DNA of 64,000 nucleotides from Planctomycetota bacterium. GTDB lineage: Bacteria; Planctomycetota; PLA2; JAEUHO01. Location: NCBI GenBank assembly GCA_965222115.1, contig CBDCTJ010000007.1, positions 992,001 to 1,056,000 on the forward strand. The letters are read 5' to 3'. The notes under the pieces are model-generated. The model saw only the letters and a list, made by a program, of their open reading frames with translations, searched no databases and had not been told where the DNA came from. The translations under genes and the position numbers were made by a program. Shown in pieces: positions 1 through 10,601 of this stretch; position 1 is the first letter of the stretch; each line of letters opens with the position of its first letter.

Positions 1-1
1 G

Positions 2-334
2 TTCGGAGCAGCGTCCGTTACGCGACAGAACCGGACCATCTACGAACAGACGTTGGACCTCTGCCACTCGATTCATCGTGGCGAGGTCGATTCGGTGCTT
101 CAAAGCCTGCCAGATGGGGCCTCATCCGGCGATGTTCGGTCTACGTTTGCCCTGCGCATCGAGCGCCGCGTCGGCCAGCCCTTTTCGATTCGCCGCGTTC
201 GTCGCGGCGACGATGGCGCTTGGGAATCCCAGGTGATTTGGTCCTCCGGCGATGGATCGCCGCCGATTCGGGACCGTTTTCATTGGTTGAGCTTGAGCGA
301 CGGGTCCTTGCTCGGTTGGTCCACCGATCGTTAG
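2..334 (+). CDS. 3' part of a hypothetical protein (open from the window edge)
   Basis: The frame of ORF 53..334 has no stop back to position 2 (FGAASVTRQNRTIYEQTLDL...). No recognisable motif. Confidence 0.55.
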   Translation, partial: FGAASVTRQNRTIYEQTLDLCHSIHRGEVDSVLQSLPDGASSGDVRSTFALRIERRVGQPFSIRRVRRGDDGAWESQVIWSSGDGSPPIRDRFHWLSLSDGSLLGWSTDR

Positions 335-420
335 CCACCCCACGCACGACCCCGAATCCGCCTGCAAGAGCCGCTACGATGCGTTTTGAAGCAATGACCC
401 CTCGACACTGGACCTTCCCC

Positions 421-1425
421 ATGACGCCACCATCGATTTCCCGTCCTGCATTGCGAACGTTTCTACGCCCGTCGTTCGCCGTGTGCCTCATCGTGTTTCT
501 TGGCTTCACGGGCATCGGAATGGCGCCGCCGGCTCAGGCCGACACGCTTGAACTAAACGATGGCCGCGTTGTGGAAGGCGCCGTGCTGGGCAGCGCAACA
601 GAAAAGGGCAAGAAAGGTCTCCTGGTTTTGGATCGTTTCGGTGTTGCCTTTGTTGCCAACGACACCATTAAGAAACGCACCAAAGGCCGCGACTTGGATT
701 CTCAGATTCGCGAACGGTTGGCCAAGCTACCGGAAGACGACTTCAAGAATCGTGCACGATTGGCCCGGTGGATGGCCACGGTGGGGCGCACCGAAGAAGC
801 GCTTGATCTTGCGGCACGCATCATTGCGAAAGACCCCGAAAACGCCATTGCACATGGTGTTTTGGGCCATGAGCGGTTTCGCGGCAAGTGGATGACGCCC
901 GACGCGGCGAAGCGCGCGCAGGGGCTCGAGCGTCACGGCAACCGCTGGTATACGCCCGACGAATGGAAGAATGCACAGGCGAAGGAACGTGATGCTGCCA
1001 ACGCTGCCGAAAGGAAAGCCCAGGCCGCAGCGCTTCGAAAGAAAGTTAATCGGCTTGTGGGACTCATGTTTAGCCCTCATCAAGCCACACGCGAGCGTGC
1101 GGAGGCGGCGCTACGCGCGCTCGGGGACGAGACCAAGTCCAAGGCGATTCCGGAGCTCATTGAACGCGTGAAGGCGTATCGCAACAAGCTCGACGACGTA
1201 CGCGTTAAGGCTGCAGCGGGAAGCATCGCCGGTGCCGGGGGCGGAGGGACCGGGTATGCCCTCACGGAATTTCGCGTTGCGATGAGCAAGCTAAAGCGCC
1301 CCATCCGAGAGTTTCAGACCAGCCTCGCAAGCAGTCTTGGCGGCGCGCCGGTGACCATCCAACTTCCCGAACTGTCTGTCATCAAGGTCAACACGACGGC
1401 GCTCATCCCTATTGTCGTCGACTAG
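421..1425 (+). CDS. Secreted hypothetical protein, helical/TPR-like
   Basis: Signal-like hydrophobic stretch ending APPAQA-DTLELNDGRVVEG, then helical repeats. Start uncertain (379, 394 or 421). Confidence 0.75.
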   Translation: MTPPSISRPALRTFLRPSFAVCLIVFLGFTGIGMAPPAQADTLELNDGRVVEGAVLGSATEKGKKGLLVLDRFGVAFVANDTIKKRTKGRDLDSQIRERLAKLPEDDFKNRARLARWMATVGRTEEALDLAARIIAKDPENAIAHGVLGHERFRGKWMTPDAAKRAQGLERHGNRWYTPDEWKNAQAKERDAANAAERKAQAAALRKKVNRLVGLMFSPHQATRERAEAALRALGDETKSKAIPELIERVKAYRNKLDDVRVKAAAGSIAGAGGGGTGYALTEFRVAMSKLKRPIREFQTSLASSLGGAPVTIQLPELSVIKVNTTALIPIVVD

Positions 1426-1470
1426 ACCATTAGCCGTTGACTACGCCATCTAGTCTTTGACTACGCCATC
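1418..1470. repeat. 20-bp-period tandem duplication over the stop codon
   Basis: TTGACTACGCCATC at 1437 and 1457, with a degenerate TCGACTAGACCAT copy at 1418. Confidence 0.8.
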
Positions 1471-1494
1471 GCCACCGGCGTTTGGAAGATTTGC

Positions 1495-1541
1495 GACAGG
1501 GTGTCAGGGAATTGACCCAAGGATCATGACATTTTGTCATG
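1495..1541. promoter_or_regulatory. Two GACA-N3-TGTC palindromic boxes (putative transcription factor sites)
   Basis: GACAgggTGTC at 1495-1505 and CATGACAtttTGTCATG at 1525-1541, 33 bp apart, upstream of an AT-rich stretch. Confidence 0.45.
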
Positions 1542-1646
1542 GAGCGCCACGCATCGTGTCCGCCTGAATCCGACGCTCATGTCATAACTTATTATTTTAC
1601 AGGATCTTATATTCGTTTGCTCACTAGCGTTGGAGGCCGAACGGGA

Positions 1647-2075
1647 ATGGCACCGGCATTGCCTTTTCGGGTTGCCATGACTCCCAATGCCTCGGTCCTG
1701 CTGGGCTTACGCGCGCGGACGGCTCCCGATCGGGATCTGCGCCAGCGCTTGGAGCGTTGGGTCAAGTGTCATGGTTTCCGTCCCCGATTCACGCCGGATG
1801 CGGGCGAAGCGCTTCGCTGGCTCGAAGAGGAGCCGTTTGCGGCTTCGCTCTTTGATTCCGACATGGAACGGCAGGACGGGCAGATGGTGTGGCAACTGGT
1901 TGAGCCGGTTGTTGCACGGCGCTCGGTCCTGTTGGCGCGGGATCGTCGTTCCACGATTTGGTTTGGCGCGCTCCGAACAGGCATGGGCACGGTGCTGCCG
2001 TTCCCGCCCGATGCGGGCACCTTTGAGGAGGCGCTGCGTGTGGTGGGGGCGTTTGGGCCACCCGGCACAGGCTAA
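1647..2075 (+). CDS. Atypical stand-alone receiver (CheY-like) domain protein
   Basis: DAGEALRWL...SLFDSDMERQDG resembles the receiver DxxMPxxDG motif. GGAGG lies ~10 nt before ATG 1647. The canonical Thr and Lys-Pro are missing. Confidence 0.6.
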   Translation: MAPALPFRVAMTPNASVLLGLRARTAPDRDLRQRLERWVKCHGFRPRFTPDAGEALRWLEEEPFAASLFDSDMERQDGQMVWQLVEPVVARRSVLLARDRRSTIWFGALRTGMGTVLPFPPDAGTFEEALRVVGAFGPPGTG

Positions 2076-2208
2076 AGCCACGTTGGGCATGAGCGCACTC
2101 GAGTAGATAGAAAGCGCGTGTAGTTAGCAAGCGTGTGCATGTGGTTTCGACGGGAACAACTCGTGTGTTCTCCATAGAGAGCAGGCACGCGTCCAAAGGA
2201 CAATACCT

Positions 2209-2568
2209 ATGCCGAAGATTCGCCCCCTCAACGATCGCGTTCTCATTCAGCGCATCGAAGCCAGTGACAAGACCGCGGGTGGCATCATCCTGCCCGACTC
2301 GGCCAAAGAGAAGCCCACCGAAGGCCGCGTCATCGCCGTTGGGTTGGGTCGCTCGGACGACAAGGGTGAGCGTGTGTCGCTCAGCGTGAAGAAGGGCGAT
2401 CACGTCCTCTTTAGTTCGTATGCCGGGACCAGCATCAACGACCAAGGCAACGAGTACTTGGTGCTCGAAGAGAAAGAGATTCTCGCCATCGTTGACGACA
2501 AACCCTTTGGTGGTTCCAAGAAGGCAAGCGGCTCCAAAGGCAAGACGAAGAAGAAGGCCAAGCGCTAA
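2209..2568 (+). CDS. groS: Co-chaperonin GroES with Lys-rich C-terminal tail
   Basis: IRPLNDRVLI...TAGGIILPDSAKEKP...EKEILAIV; directly upstream of groEL. Confidence 0.97.
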   Translation: MPKIRPLNDRVLIQRIEASDKTAGGIILPDSAKEKPTEGRVIAVGLGRSDDKGERVSLSVKKGDHVLFSSYAGTSINDQGNEYLVLEEKEILAIVDDKPFGGSKKASGSKGKTKKKAKR

Positions 2569-2673
2569 CTCGTTTCACCGTAACTCCAGTTTCTATGCGG
2601 CATGTGCGGTGCGCGGCGAACTTCGCCCGCGTTGCCTCCCACGCCATCATTGCTGTTCGAAGGGAATACACAC

Positions 2674-4353
2674 ATGGCAGCTAAGCAGATCGCCTACAAC
2701 CAAGATGCACGCGAGCGCATTCGCGCGGGTGTTCGTCAACTTGCACGCGCCGTCAAAGTCACGTTGGGACCGCGCGGTCGCAACGTCGTGATCCAAAAGT
2801 CGTTTGGTAGCCCCACCGTCACCAAAGACGGGGTGACGGTTGCCAAGGAAGTCGAGCTCAAGGACGCCTACGAGAACATGGGCGCCCAGATGGTTCGCGA
2901 AGTCGCCAGCAAGACATCCGACGTTGCGGGTGACGGTACGACTACGGCAACGGTACTCGCGGAGGCCATCTTCGAAGAAGGTCTCAAGAACGTAGCCGCA
3001 GGTGCGAGCCCGATCGGTATCAAGACGGGAATCGCGTTGGCCGTTGAGGCGGTCGTCAAGAAGCTTGAGAGTATGAAGACCCCCATCAAGGGCAGTAAGG
3101 AAATCGCGCAGATTGGCGCCATTGCCGCCAACAACGATCCCGAGATCGGCAAACAGATTGCCGAGGCCATGGATCGCGTGGGTAAGGACGGCGTGATTAC
3201 CGTGGAAGAGGGCAAGGGCCTTGAGACCAGTGTTGACTGGGTCGAAGGCATGCAGTTCGACAAGGGCTATCTCTCGCCCCACTTCATCAACAAGCCGCAG
3301 GCCATGACCTGTGAACTCGATCGTCCCGCTATTCTCGTGTTTGAGAAAAAGCTTTCGTCGGTCAAGGACATGCTTCCCTTGCTTGAGAAGGTTGCCAAGG
3401 GTGGCCGTCCCCTGCTCGTGATTGCCGAAGATGTTGAAAGCGAAGCGCTTGCCACGTTGGTGGTGAATCGTTTGCGCGGCGTGTTCCAGTGCTGCGCCGT
3501 CAAGGCACCCGGCTTTGGTGACCGTCGTAAGGCGATGTTGCAAGACATCGCGGCGCTTACAGGTGCCACGGCGGTTATGGAAGATTTGGGGCTTGACGTG
3601 TCGGGTCTTGATCTCAAGGACCTTGGCAGCGCCCAGCGCGTGATCATCGACAAAGACAACTGCACCATCATTGAAGGCGCTGGCAAGCGTGCCGCCATTC
3701 AGGCGCGTATCAGCCAAATCAAAGCCGAGCTTGAGAACGCCTCGTCGGACTACGATCGCGAGAAGCTTCAGGAGCGCCTCGCGAAGTTGGCCGGTGGCGT
3801 GGCACAGATCAATGTGGGTGCGGCAACCGAAGCCGAGATGAAGGAGAAGAAGGCGCGCGTCGAAGACGCCCTTCACGCCACGCGTGCTGCGGTGGAAGAA
3901 GGCATTCTTCCCGGCGGTGGTGTAGCGCTTCTTCGTTGCGTTCCGGTGCTTGACAAGCTCAAGACCACAGGCGACGCGGTTATCGGCGTGCAGATTGTTC
4001 GTCGTGCTCTGCAGGCGCCGCTGCGTCAGATTTCGAAGAACGCAGGCGTGGACGGCTCCATCGTCGTCAAGAACGTGCTCGACAACAGTTCACAGAACTA
4101 CGGCTACAACGCCGCCACCGACAAGTACCAAGACTTGGTCAAGGCCGGTGTGATCGATCCCACCAAGGTGGTTCGCACCGCGCTTCAAAACGCTGCCTCC
4201 ATCAGCACCCTCTTGCTCACCACCGAAGCGGTCATCTCCGAGATTCCCGAGGAGAAGGAAGCTCCGGCACCCGCGCCCGGTGGCATGGGCGGCATGGGCG
4301 GCATGGGTGGAATGGGAGGCATGGGCGGAATGGGGGGCATGGGAGGTTTCTAG
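2674..4353 (+). CDS. groL: Chaperonin GroEL
   Basis: [33 protein letters not shown] and a (GGM)n tail. Start at MAAKQ (2674). Confidence 0.99.
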   Translation: MAAKQIAYNQDARERIRAGVRQLARAVKVTLGPRGRNVVIQKSFGSPTVTKDGVTVAKEVELKDAYENMGAQMVREVASKTSDVAGDGTTTATVLAEAIFEEGLKNVAAGASPIGIKTGIALAVEAVVKKLESMKTPIKGSKEIAQIGAIAANNDPEIGKQIAEAMDRVGKDGVITVEEGKGLETSVDWVEGMQFDKGYLSPHFINKPQAMTCELDRPAILVFEKKLSSVKDMLPLLEKVAKGGRPLLVIAEDVESEALATLVVNRLRGVFQCCAVKAPGFGDRRKAMLQDIAALTGATAVMEDLGLDVSGLDLKDLGSAQRVIIDKDNCTIIEGAGKRAAIQARISQIKAELENASSDYDREKLQERLAKLAGGVAQINVGAATEAEMKEKKARVEDALHATRAAVEEGILPGGGVALLRCVPVLDKLKTTGDAVIGVQIVRRALQAPLRQISKNAGVDGSIVVKNVLDNSSQNYGYNAATDKYQDLVKAGVIDPTKVVRTALQNAASISTLLLTTEAVISEIPEEKEAPAPAPGGMGGMGGMGGMGGMGGMGGMGGF

Positions 4354-4422
4354 CACCCGTTAGAAGCGCCTAACTTGCACCTGTAGCTTGCAACCGGCCT
4401 ACGCTGCACCAATCCTGTAACC

Positions 4423-5814
4423 ATGCAGGACGCACCGAAAGCACTTCAGCCGCTGTGTTTGCTCAACGTCGTTGGGTTGACACAGCGGCTGTTGCGTTTT
4501 GCGCCGCGGCTTGCTGCACTCGGGGAGGCGAAACCGCTCCAAGGTGTCGTGCCCGCGGTCACCATGACGGCACAGGCCACCATGCTGACAGGGCTCTCGC
4601 CATCGGGCCACGGCATTGTTGGCAACGGGTGGTTTGATCGCGGCTTTGGTGAGGTGCGTATGTGGCCTCAGAGCCACGCGCTTGTGCAAGGGGAAAGTCT
4701 TTACGCAGCCGCCCGGCGTTTGGCGCGTGCGGAGGGTCGCGCGTTCGTTTCGACGAAGCTGTTTTGGTGGTTCAACCAAGGCGCACCGGTGGACATTGCC
4801 GTCACGCCCAAGCCCTACTACGGAAGCGACGGGAACAAAGTCTTCGCGGTGCATGGCAAACCCACGCCGGTGGTTGCCGACCTCGTTCGTCGCTTGGGCG
4901 CGTTTCCGTTTCCTGCCTTTTGGGGGCCCATGGCGGGCCTTGCGTCCAGCACATGGATTGCAAACGCCGCCGCACACATCCTGCGTGAGCATCAGCCCAC
5001 GCTTTCCATGGTGTATCTCCCGCACTTGGACTACGACCTTCAACGATTGGGTCCCGACCATCCATCAGCCGCAGAACGCGTAAAAGAAGTCGACATCGCG
5101 GCCGGTAAAGTCATCGATGCTGCGACCGAGACCAAGACAAATGTCCTCGTTATTTCGGAGTACGGCATCGTGCCCGTCTCTCGTCCGATTTTTCCCAATC
5201 GAAGCCTACGAGCACAGGGACTGCTAACCGTTCGCGACGGTCCCTTTGGCGAAGGGCTCGAGACGTTTCAATCGCGTGCGTTCTGCGTATGCGATCACCA
5301 AGTGGCGCATGTGTATGTTCGTGACAGCGCCGACATTCGCGGCGTGTCCGAAATTCTTTCGTCCTTGGAAGGCGTGGCCCAGGTGCTCGATCGACGCGCA
5401 CGGGTTGCCATGGGTCTCGAGCATCCGCGTGCGGGCGACCTGTTGTTGTTGGCCGAGCCCGACGCGTGGTTTGCCTATCCCTACTGGCTTGACGACGCAC
5501 GCGCGCCCGACTTTGCGCGTTCCGTCGACATTCATCGAAAGCCCGGTTACGACCCGGCCGAGCTTTTCTTCGACCCACGCCTACGCGCACCCAAACTTCG
5601 TGCGGCAAGGCGCCTAATTCAAAAGAAATTTGGCATGCGTTACCGCATGGACGTGGTGCCGCTCGATCCCGCGTGTGTTCGCGGGAGCCACGGTCTGGCT
5701 GCAAGCGACCCCGCCGACGGACCATTGGGAATCACGAATCTCCCGCACGGCCTGGACCGACTCGAAAGCCTTTCTGACGTGAAGGATTACGCCCTCCGGG
5801 CGATGGGGTTCTAA
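4423..5814 (+). CDS. Alkaline phosphatase superfamily nucleotide pyrophosphatase/phosphodiesterase (EboF-like)
   Basis: PAVT..QAT..TG...HGIVGNGW, YLPHLDY, SEYG, DIHRKPGYDP, RGSHG. Confidence 0.85.
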   Translation: MQDAPKALQPLCLLNVVGLTQRLLRFAPRLAALGEAKPLQGVVPAVTMTAQATMLTGLSPSGHGIVGNGWFDRGFGEVRMWPQSHALVQGESLYAAARRLARAEGRAFVSTKLFWWFNQGAPVDIAVTPKPYYGSDGNKVFAVHGKPTPVVADLVRRLGAFPFPAFWGPMAGLASSTWIANAAAHILREHQPTLSMVYLPHLDYDLQRLGPDHPSAAERVKEVDIAAGKVIDAATETKTNVLVISEYGIVPVSRPIFPNRSLRAQGLLTVRDGPFGEGLETFQSRAFCVCDHQVAHVYVRDSADIRGVSEILSSLEGVAQVLDRRARVAMGLEHPRAGDLLLLAEPDAWFAYPYWLDDARAPDFARSVDIHRKPGYDPAELFFDPRLRAPKLRAARRLIQKKFGMRYRMDVVPLDPACVRGSHGLAASDPADGPLGITNLPHGLDRLESLSDVKDYALRAMGF

Positions 5815-5903
5815 GCGCGCCGTCTTTAGAGGCACTCGGCTCGGGCTGCGCAACTGCCCTCTTCGCGCGCACCTTGTTACGATTTTTCGCAAGGAGACCC
5901 CGC

Positions 5904-8900
5904 ATGGCGATTGACCTCAAGTCTAAAGATGTGCCGACGACGACGCGACCGCGCTATCCGGGCATTCGTCTCGTGTGCAATGGCAATCAGCTCGTCTCGT
6001 TGCATACCGAATCGCGCATTGCTGACGCGGGCATCTTCTATCCGATTACGCCCTCGACCGAGATGGGCGAGATGTTTCAGCTCACGTTCTCCGAGGGCGC
6101 GCTCAACGTCTTTGGCCGGCCGAAGTTGGCGGTGGAGGCCGAGGGCGAACATGCCGCGCAAGGCGGGGCCATTGCGTATGCCGTTACGGGCAAGCGCGTG
6201 GTGAATTTTACGTCCGGGCAGGGCATTGTTTACGGCATTGAGCAATACTACCACGCGCCCGGTAAGTTGGCGACCATGGTGGTGGAAGTCGCCGCGCGCG
6301 CACTTACCAAGCACGCGCTCAATGTGCACTGCGGACACGACGACATTTATTCCGCGTTGGATACGGGTTGGATCATGTTGATGGCGCGCGACGCCCAGCA
6401 GGCCGCCGACCAAGCCCTCATCATTCGGCGCGTGACCGAGCTTTCATTGACGCCAGGGATGAATATTCAAGATGGGTTTTTGACGTCACATCTTGAGCGC
6501 ACGTTTGTGAAGCCCGAAGCAGAGTTATTGCGCGAGTATCTGGGTTCTCCCGACGACATTATTGAGTGTCCCACGCCTGCGCAGATGGAACTCTTTGGAC
6601 CCCGCCGTCGGCGCATCCCCGAGATGATGAATCTTGCGCAACCGATTCTCCTGGGACCGGTGCAAAATCAAGAGCACTACATGAATGGCGTGGTCGCGCG
6701 TCGCAACAACTTCTATGAGCCGATTCTTGGGTTCCTTGAGGAAGCCTACGCCGAGTTTGGTCGTCTCACCGGGCGACACTATGGACTCCTGAGCGAGTAC
6801 AAGACGCAAGGTGCCGACACGGTCTTTCTCTCGCTGGGATCGGCGGCCGAAAACATTGAAGCCGCAATTGACCACTTAGAAGCAACGCGCGGTGAAACCG
6901 CCGGTTCGATTCACGTCAATGTGATTCGACCGTTCCCGGGCGATGCGATCGCCGCCGCCGTCAAGGGCAAGAAGCGCGTGATCGTTCTGGAGCGCACCGA
7001 CGAAGCGCTGGCCGGAGACAATCCACTCACGCGCGATGTGCGCACGGCGCTCAGTCGCGCGCTTGAAGTTCACGCCCTTGGCGGTGTTGAAGGGAAGACG
7101 TCGATTGCCTCGTCGGAAATGCCGCGCATCTTCAGTGGTACGTACGGCTTGGGATCGCGCGACTTCCGACCGGAAGGCATCCTCGGTGCGTATGAGTTCG
7201 CCACCGGTCAGCGTCCACGCGCCGATGGTCGCACGGCAAAGGATGGCGAATCCTACTTCACGCTCGGCATCAATCATCCCTACGAAGTGCGCTCCGACGA
7301 TCGACCCTCCTTGCTTCCCGATAACGCCATCGCCGTACGACTGCACTCCATTGGCGGCTGGGGCATGATCACCACCGGCAAGAATCTCGGGGCCATCATT
7401 GGTGCACTGGGCGAATACGTTTCCGAGAAGCGCGATCGGCGCGACGCATTCGGGCAACTTGAAGAGGCCATTCACGTAAGTGCCAATCCGCGCTACGGCT
7501 CGGAGAAGAAAGGTGCGCCCACGGCCTACTTCCTTGTCGTGGCGCCGCGTCGCATTCGTGTGAACTGCGATCTGCAGCATGTGAGCGTGGTGCTTTGTTG
7601 CGATCCCAAGGCCTTTACGCACTCCAATCCCCTTGACGGCATGGCCGAAGGCGGTGCCTTCGTGTGGGAGTCTTCGGAAACACCTGAGGGTGCCTGGCGA
7701 CGGATTCCAAAGCACTTGCGTCAGCAGATTATCGACAAAAACATCCGACTGTTCATTTTGCCGGGCTTTGAGATTGCGCGCAACGCTACCGACCGCACCG
7801 ATTTGCAGCTTCGAATGCAAGGTAACGCATTCCTGGGCGCGTTCTTCGGTGTCTCGTCTTTCCTCGGCGACAACGACATCGACCGGGAACGATTCGAACG
7901 ATTGGTGCGTGCGCAGTATCAAAAGAAGTTTGGTCGCTTCGGCGATGCGGTCGTTGAGTCCAACATGACCGTGATGACCGATGGTTTCTCACGCGTGCAG
8001 CCCGTGCCCTATGGCGATGTGAATGCCCCTGATGAGTCGGCCATGCGTGGACCGCGACTTATGCCTTGTTCCACAGGGCCTGCGGCGTGTGGCTCCGCGA
8101 GTGGCAAGGCAAACGTATTTCGCGGAGACTACTTCGATGCCGAGTTCCGCGCCGGGCTTGGGTATCGCCAACCGGCTTCTCCACTCGCTTCGGTGGGTGT
8201 GATGGCGGCCGCAACCGGTGCAACGTCTTCGAAGTATGTGGCGCGTCGCGAAACACCGATCTTTATTGCTGAGAACTGTACACAGTGCATGGCGTGCATC
8301 ACGGCGTGCCCCGATACGGCGCTGCCCAATACGTCGCAGCCACTCTCTGCGCACCTCGAAACCGCCATCAAGAACTACGTGTCGGACGAGAAGGACCGCG
8401 CCACATTGATGGCCGCGGCGCCAGAGATTGAATCCGAGGCCCGCGAAGCCATGAACGAGGCGGTGGCGGCCAAAGACGTGGTCCCGCTGGTTTCCATCCT
8501 GGGCGATCTCGTGAACGGGCGCGACGAGGTGAGTGAAGCGAGTCGCCAGGAACTTACGGCGATCTTGGATATCCTTCCGCTGGCCTACGGCAAGGTCAAC
8601 GCCATCTTCCGTGTGCCGGAACGTAAAGAAGCGGGGCAAGGCGGGATCTTCTCCATCTTCGTTTCCGACCTTTGCAAAGGATGTGGCGAATGCGTCGAGC
8701 AGTGCGGTGATCACGATGCCCTGCGCATGATGTCCGACAGTGAATCACTCAATGCGCAGGTCGCGAGTGCAACGACCTATCTTGATCTACTGCCCGAGAC
8801 GCCGCAGACCTACCTAGGTAGATACGACAATGAACATCCTGAAGACTCGCGGGCTGCCACCCTTCGCAATCACTTGATGGTCCAACGCAACTACCAAGCG

Positions 8901-10583
8901 CTTGTCTCCGGCGACGGCGCGTGCGCAGGTTGCGGCGAGAAGAGCATTCTGCATGTGATCGCCTCACTGACCGAGGCCTACATGCGTCCCATGTATCACC
9001 GGCACGCGGCGCGCCTTGATGAAAAGGCCAGCCGAATCGAAGCCGAAGGTGTCGAGCGGCTTACCGCGCTTGAATCCAGTGATCCCAAAGGGTTTGCGCT
9101 GCTTCGAAAGACGATTGCACACGTCATCATGGGCCTCGGAGGCGAAAACGACGACGACACGCAGGCGCGCATGAAGCGTGCCGATCTTTCGCCGCGCGCC
9201 ATGGTCGATGCGCTTGTGATGGTCATGCGCCAAGAAGCGCATAACCGTCGCGATCTTGAGACGTTGGAAGGACGCTTGGCGGGCGGTATGTCGGTCATGG
9301 CCATGGGCGCGAGCACGGGCTGTAACACGGTGTATGGATCTACGCCGCCCAACAACCCGCATCCCTACCCATGGATGAATTCACTCTTCCAAGATGGCAG
9401 CACGATTTCGTGGATGATGGGCGAGAGCTTTATCGACAACCACGCCCGTCGCGCGGTGATTCCCGAACGCGTGGCCGATGCCGTGCTTTCGCGCGACACG
9501 GATGTCGTAACGGATGACGAGTACTTCGCTTACACACACTTTGGCGATGCCATGATGTCGGACCAGGAGATTGCCGAGCTTCCCAAAGTGTGGTGTGTGG
9601 GGGGCGACGGTGGCTTAGGGGACATTGGGTTTCAGAATCTCTCCAAGGTCATGCTGCAAGGACGCCCCAACGTCAATGTGGTCATGCTCGACACGCAAGT
9701 TTACTCCAACACCGGCGGGCAAAACTCCGACTCCACGCCCATGCCCGGTGGCGGCGACATGAACCAGATCGGCGAGGCAACGCAAGGCAAGATGAGCGAA
9801 AAGAAGAGCGTGGCGGAAGCGTTTACCGCTGGCCACGGATCGGCCTTCGTGGCGCAGATGTCCATGGCCGACGAACCGCGGTTGCTTAAGTCCATCCTTG
9901 ATGGGTTGGAGTACCGCGGCACGAGCTTCTTTCAGTGCTTTACAACCTGTCAACCCGAGCACGGCGTGGGCGATCATATGTCGGCGGTACAGGCCACGCG
10001 CATTCGCGACTCGCGTGGCATGCCGCAGTTTGTCTTTGATCCACAGAAGGGCGAGACCTACGACGAAGCCATGGACATCGCTGGCAACCCGTTGCCCGAT
10101 CGCGACTGGAAAGGCGGCAAGGCGCGCGGCGAGCGGCGTACCCCGTGGTACACGACGGCCCACTGGGCCGCAACCGAGGCACGTTTCCGCCGTCACCTGA
10201 AGAAAATCTCCGCCGAACAAGCGGAGGCACTCGTGCCCATCGACCACATGTTGTTGTGCCTGAACCAAGAAGACGTGCGTCTCCGCCGCTTCTTGGATCC
10301 CACGCACCGCGCCTACGTACCCGACTTCGGCACCTACATCCAAATGCCCGGCGTCAAGGGCACCACGTACCACAGCATCTCACGCCAGATGGTCTTGTTC
10401 TGCGTCGAGCGACGCAAAGCGTGGCGCTTGCTTCAAAGCAAGGCGGGCGTAAAGAACAAAGACTATCCAGCGCACCGCTCGCTGCTCGCCAAGCTCGATG
10501 CCGGCGAAATCAAACGCGACGACGTGCTAAAAAACGGACGAGCGCTTTTGGAAGCGGAGGAGAATGCGTTGGCTGGGAAGTGA
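5904..10583 (+). CDS. Single-chain pyruvate:ferredoxin/flavodoxin oxidoreductase, long variant
   Basis: YPITPS, FTSGQG, YGSEKKG, two 4Fe-4S motifs (CTQCMACITACP, CKGCGECVEQC), GACAGCGE, GGDG, DTQVYSNTGGQ. AAGGAG RBS before ATG 5904. Confidence 0.93.
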   Translation: MAIDLKSKDVPTTTRPRYPGIRLVCNGNQLVSLHTESRIADAGIFYPITPSTEMGEMFQLTFSEGALNVFGRPKLAVEAEGEHAAQGGAIAYAVTGKRVVNFTSGQGIVYGIEQYYHAPGKLATMVVEVAARALTKHALNVHCGHDDIYSALDTGWIMLMARDAQQAADQALIIRRVTELSLTPGMNIQDGFLTSHLERTFVKPEAELLREYLGSPDDIIECPTPAQMELFGPRRRRIPEMMNLAQPILLGPVQNQEHYMNGVVARRNNFYEPILGFLEEAYAEFGRLTGRHYGLLSEYKTQGADTVFLSLGSAAENIEAAIDHLEATRGETAGSIHVNVIRPFPGDAIAAAVKGKKRVIVLERTDEALAGDNPLTRDVRTALSRALEVHALGGVEGKTSIASSEMPRIFSGTYGLGSRDFRPEGILGAYEFATGQRPRADGRTAKDGESYFTLGINHPYEVRSDDRPSLLPDNAIAVRLHSIGGWGMITTGKNLGAIIGALGEYVSEKRDRRDAFGQLEEAIHVSANPRYGSEKKGAPTAYFLVVAPRRIRVNCDLQHVSVVLCCDPKAFTHSNPLDGMAEGGAFVWESSETPEGAWRRIPKHLRQQIIDKNIRLFILPGFEIARNATDRTDLQLRMQGNAFLGAFFGVSSFLGDNDIDRERFERLVRAQYQKKFGRFGDAVVESNMTVMTDGFSRVQPVPYGDVNAPDESAMRGPRLMPCSTGPAACGSASGKANVFRGDYFDAEFRAGLGYRQPASPLASVGVMAAATGATSSKYVARRETPIFIAENCTQCMACITACPDTALPNTSQPLSAHLETAIKNYVSDEKDRATLMAAAPEIESEAREAMNEAVAAKDVVPLVSILGDLVNGRDEVSEASRQELTAILDILPLAYGKVNAIFRVPERKEAGQGGIFSIFVSDLCKGCGECVEQCGDHDALRMMSDSESLNAQVASATTYLDLLPETPQTYLGRYDNEHPEDSRAATLRNHLMVQRNYQALVSGDGACAGCGEKSILHVIASLTEAYMRPMYHRHAARLDEKASRIEAEGVERLTALESSDPKGFALLRKTIAHVIMGLGGENDDDTQARMKRADLSPRAMVDALVMVMRQEAHNRRDLETLEGRLAGGMSVMAMGASTGCNTVYGSTPPNNPHPYPWMNSLFQDGSTISWMMGESFIDNHARRAVIPERVADAVLSRDTDVVTDDEYFAYTHFGDAMMSDQEIAELPKVWCVGGDGGLGDIGFQNLSKVMLQGRPNVNVVMLDTQVYSNTGGQNSDSTPMPGGGDMNQIGEATQGKMSEKKSVAEAFTAGHGSAFVAQMSMADEPRLLKSILDGLEYRGTSFFQCFTTCQPEHGVGDHMSAVQATRIRDSRGMPQFVFDPQKGETYDEAMDIAGNPLPDRDWKGGKARGERRTPWYTTAHWAATEARFRRHLKKISAEQAEALVPIDHMLLCLNQEDVRLRRFLDPTHRAYVPDFGTYIQMPGVKGTTYHSISRQMVLFCVERRKAWRLLQSKAGVKNKDYPAHRSLLAKLDAGEIKRDDVLKNGRALLEAEENALAGK

Positions 10584-10601
10584 TGGGTGGTCGGGATATA
10601 C

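Noticed and set aside
2090-2120. Possible CIRCE element before groES (GCACTC-N9-GA..GC)
   Set aside because: Only part of the left arm matches TTAGCACTC-N9-GAGTGCTAA; the right arm is too degenerate.
2647-3876. Long antisense ORFs (also 6876..7922, 38363..39580, 45709..46608, 63016..63804)
   Set aside because: These are shadows of high-GC genes on the opposite strand with no motifs of their own.
4279-4350. GGCATGGGC-type repeats
   Set aside because: They encode the ordinary GroEL Gly-Gly-Met tail.
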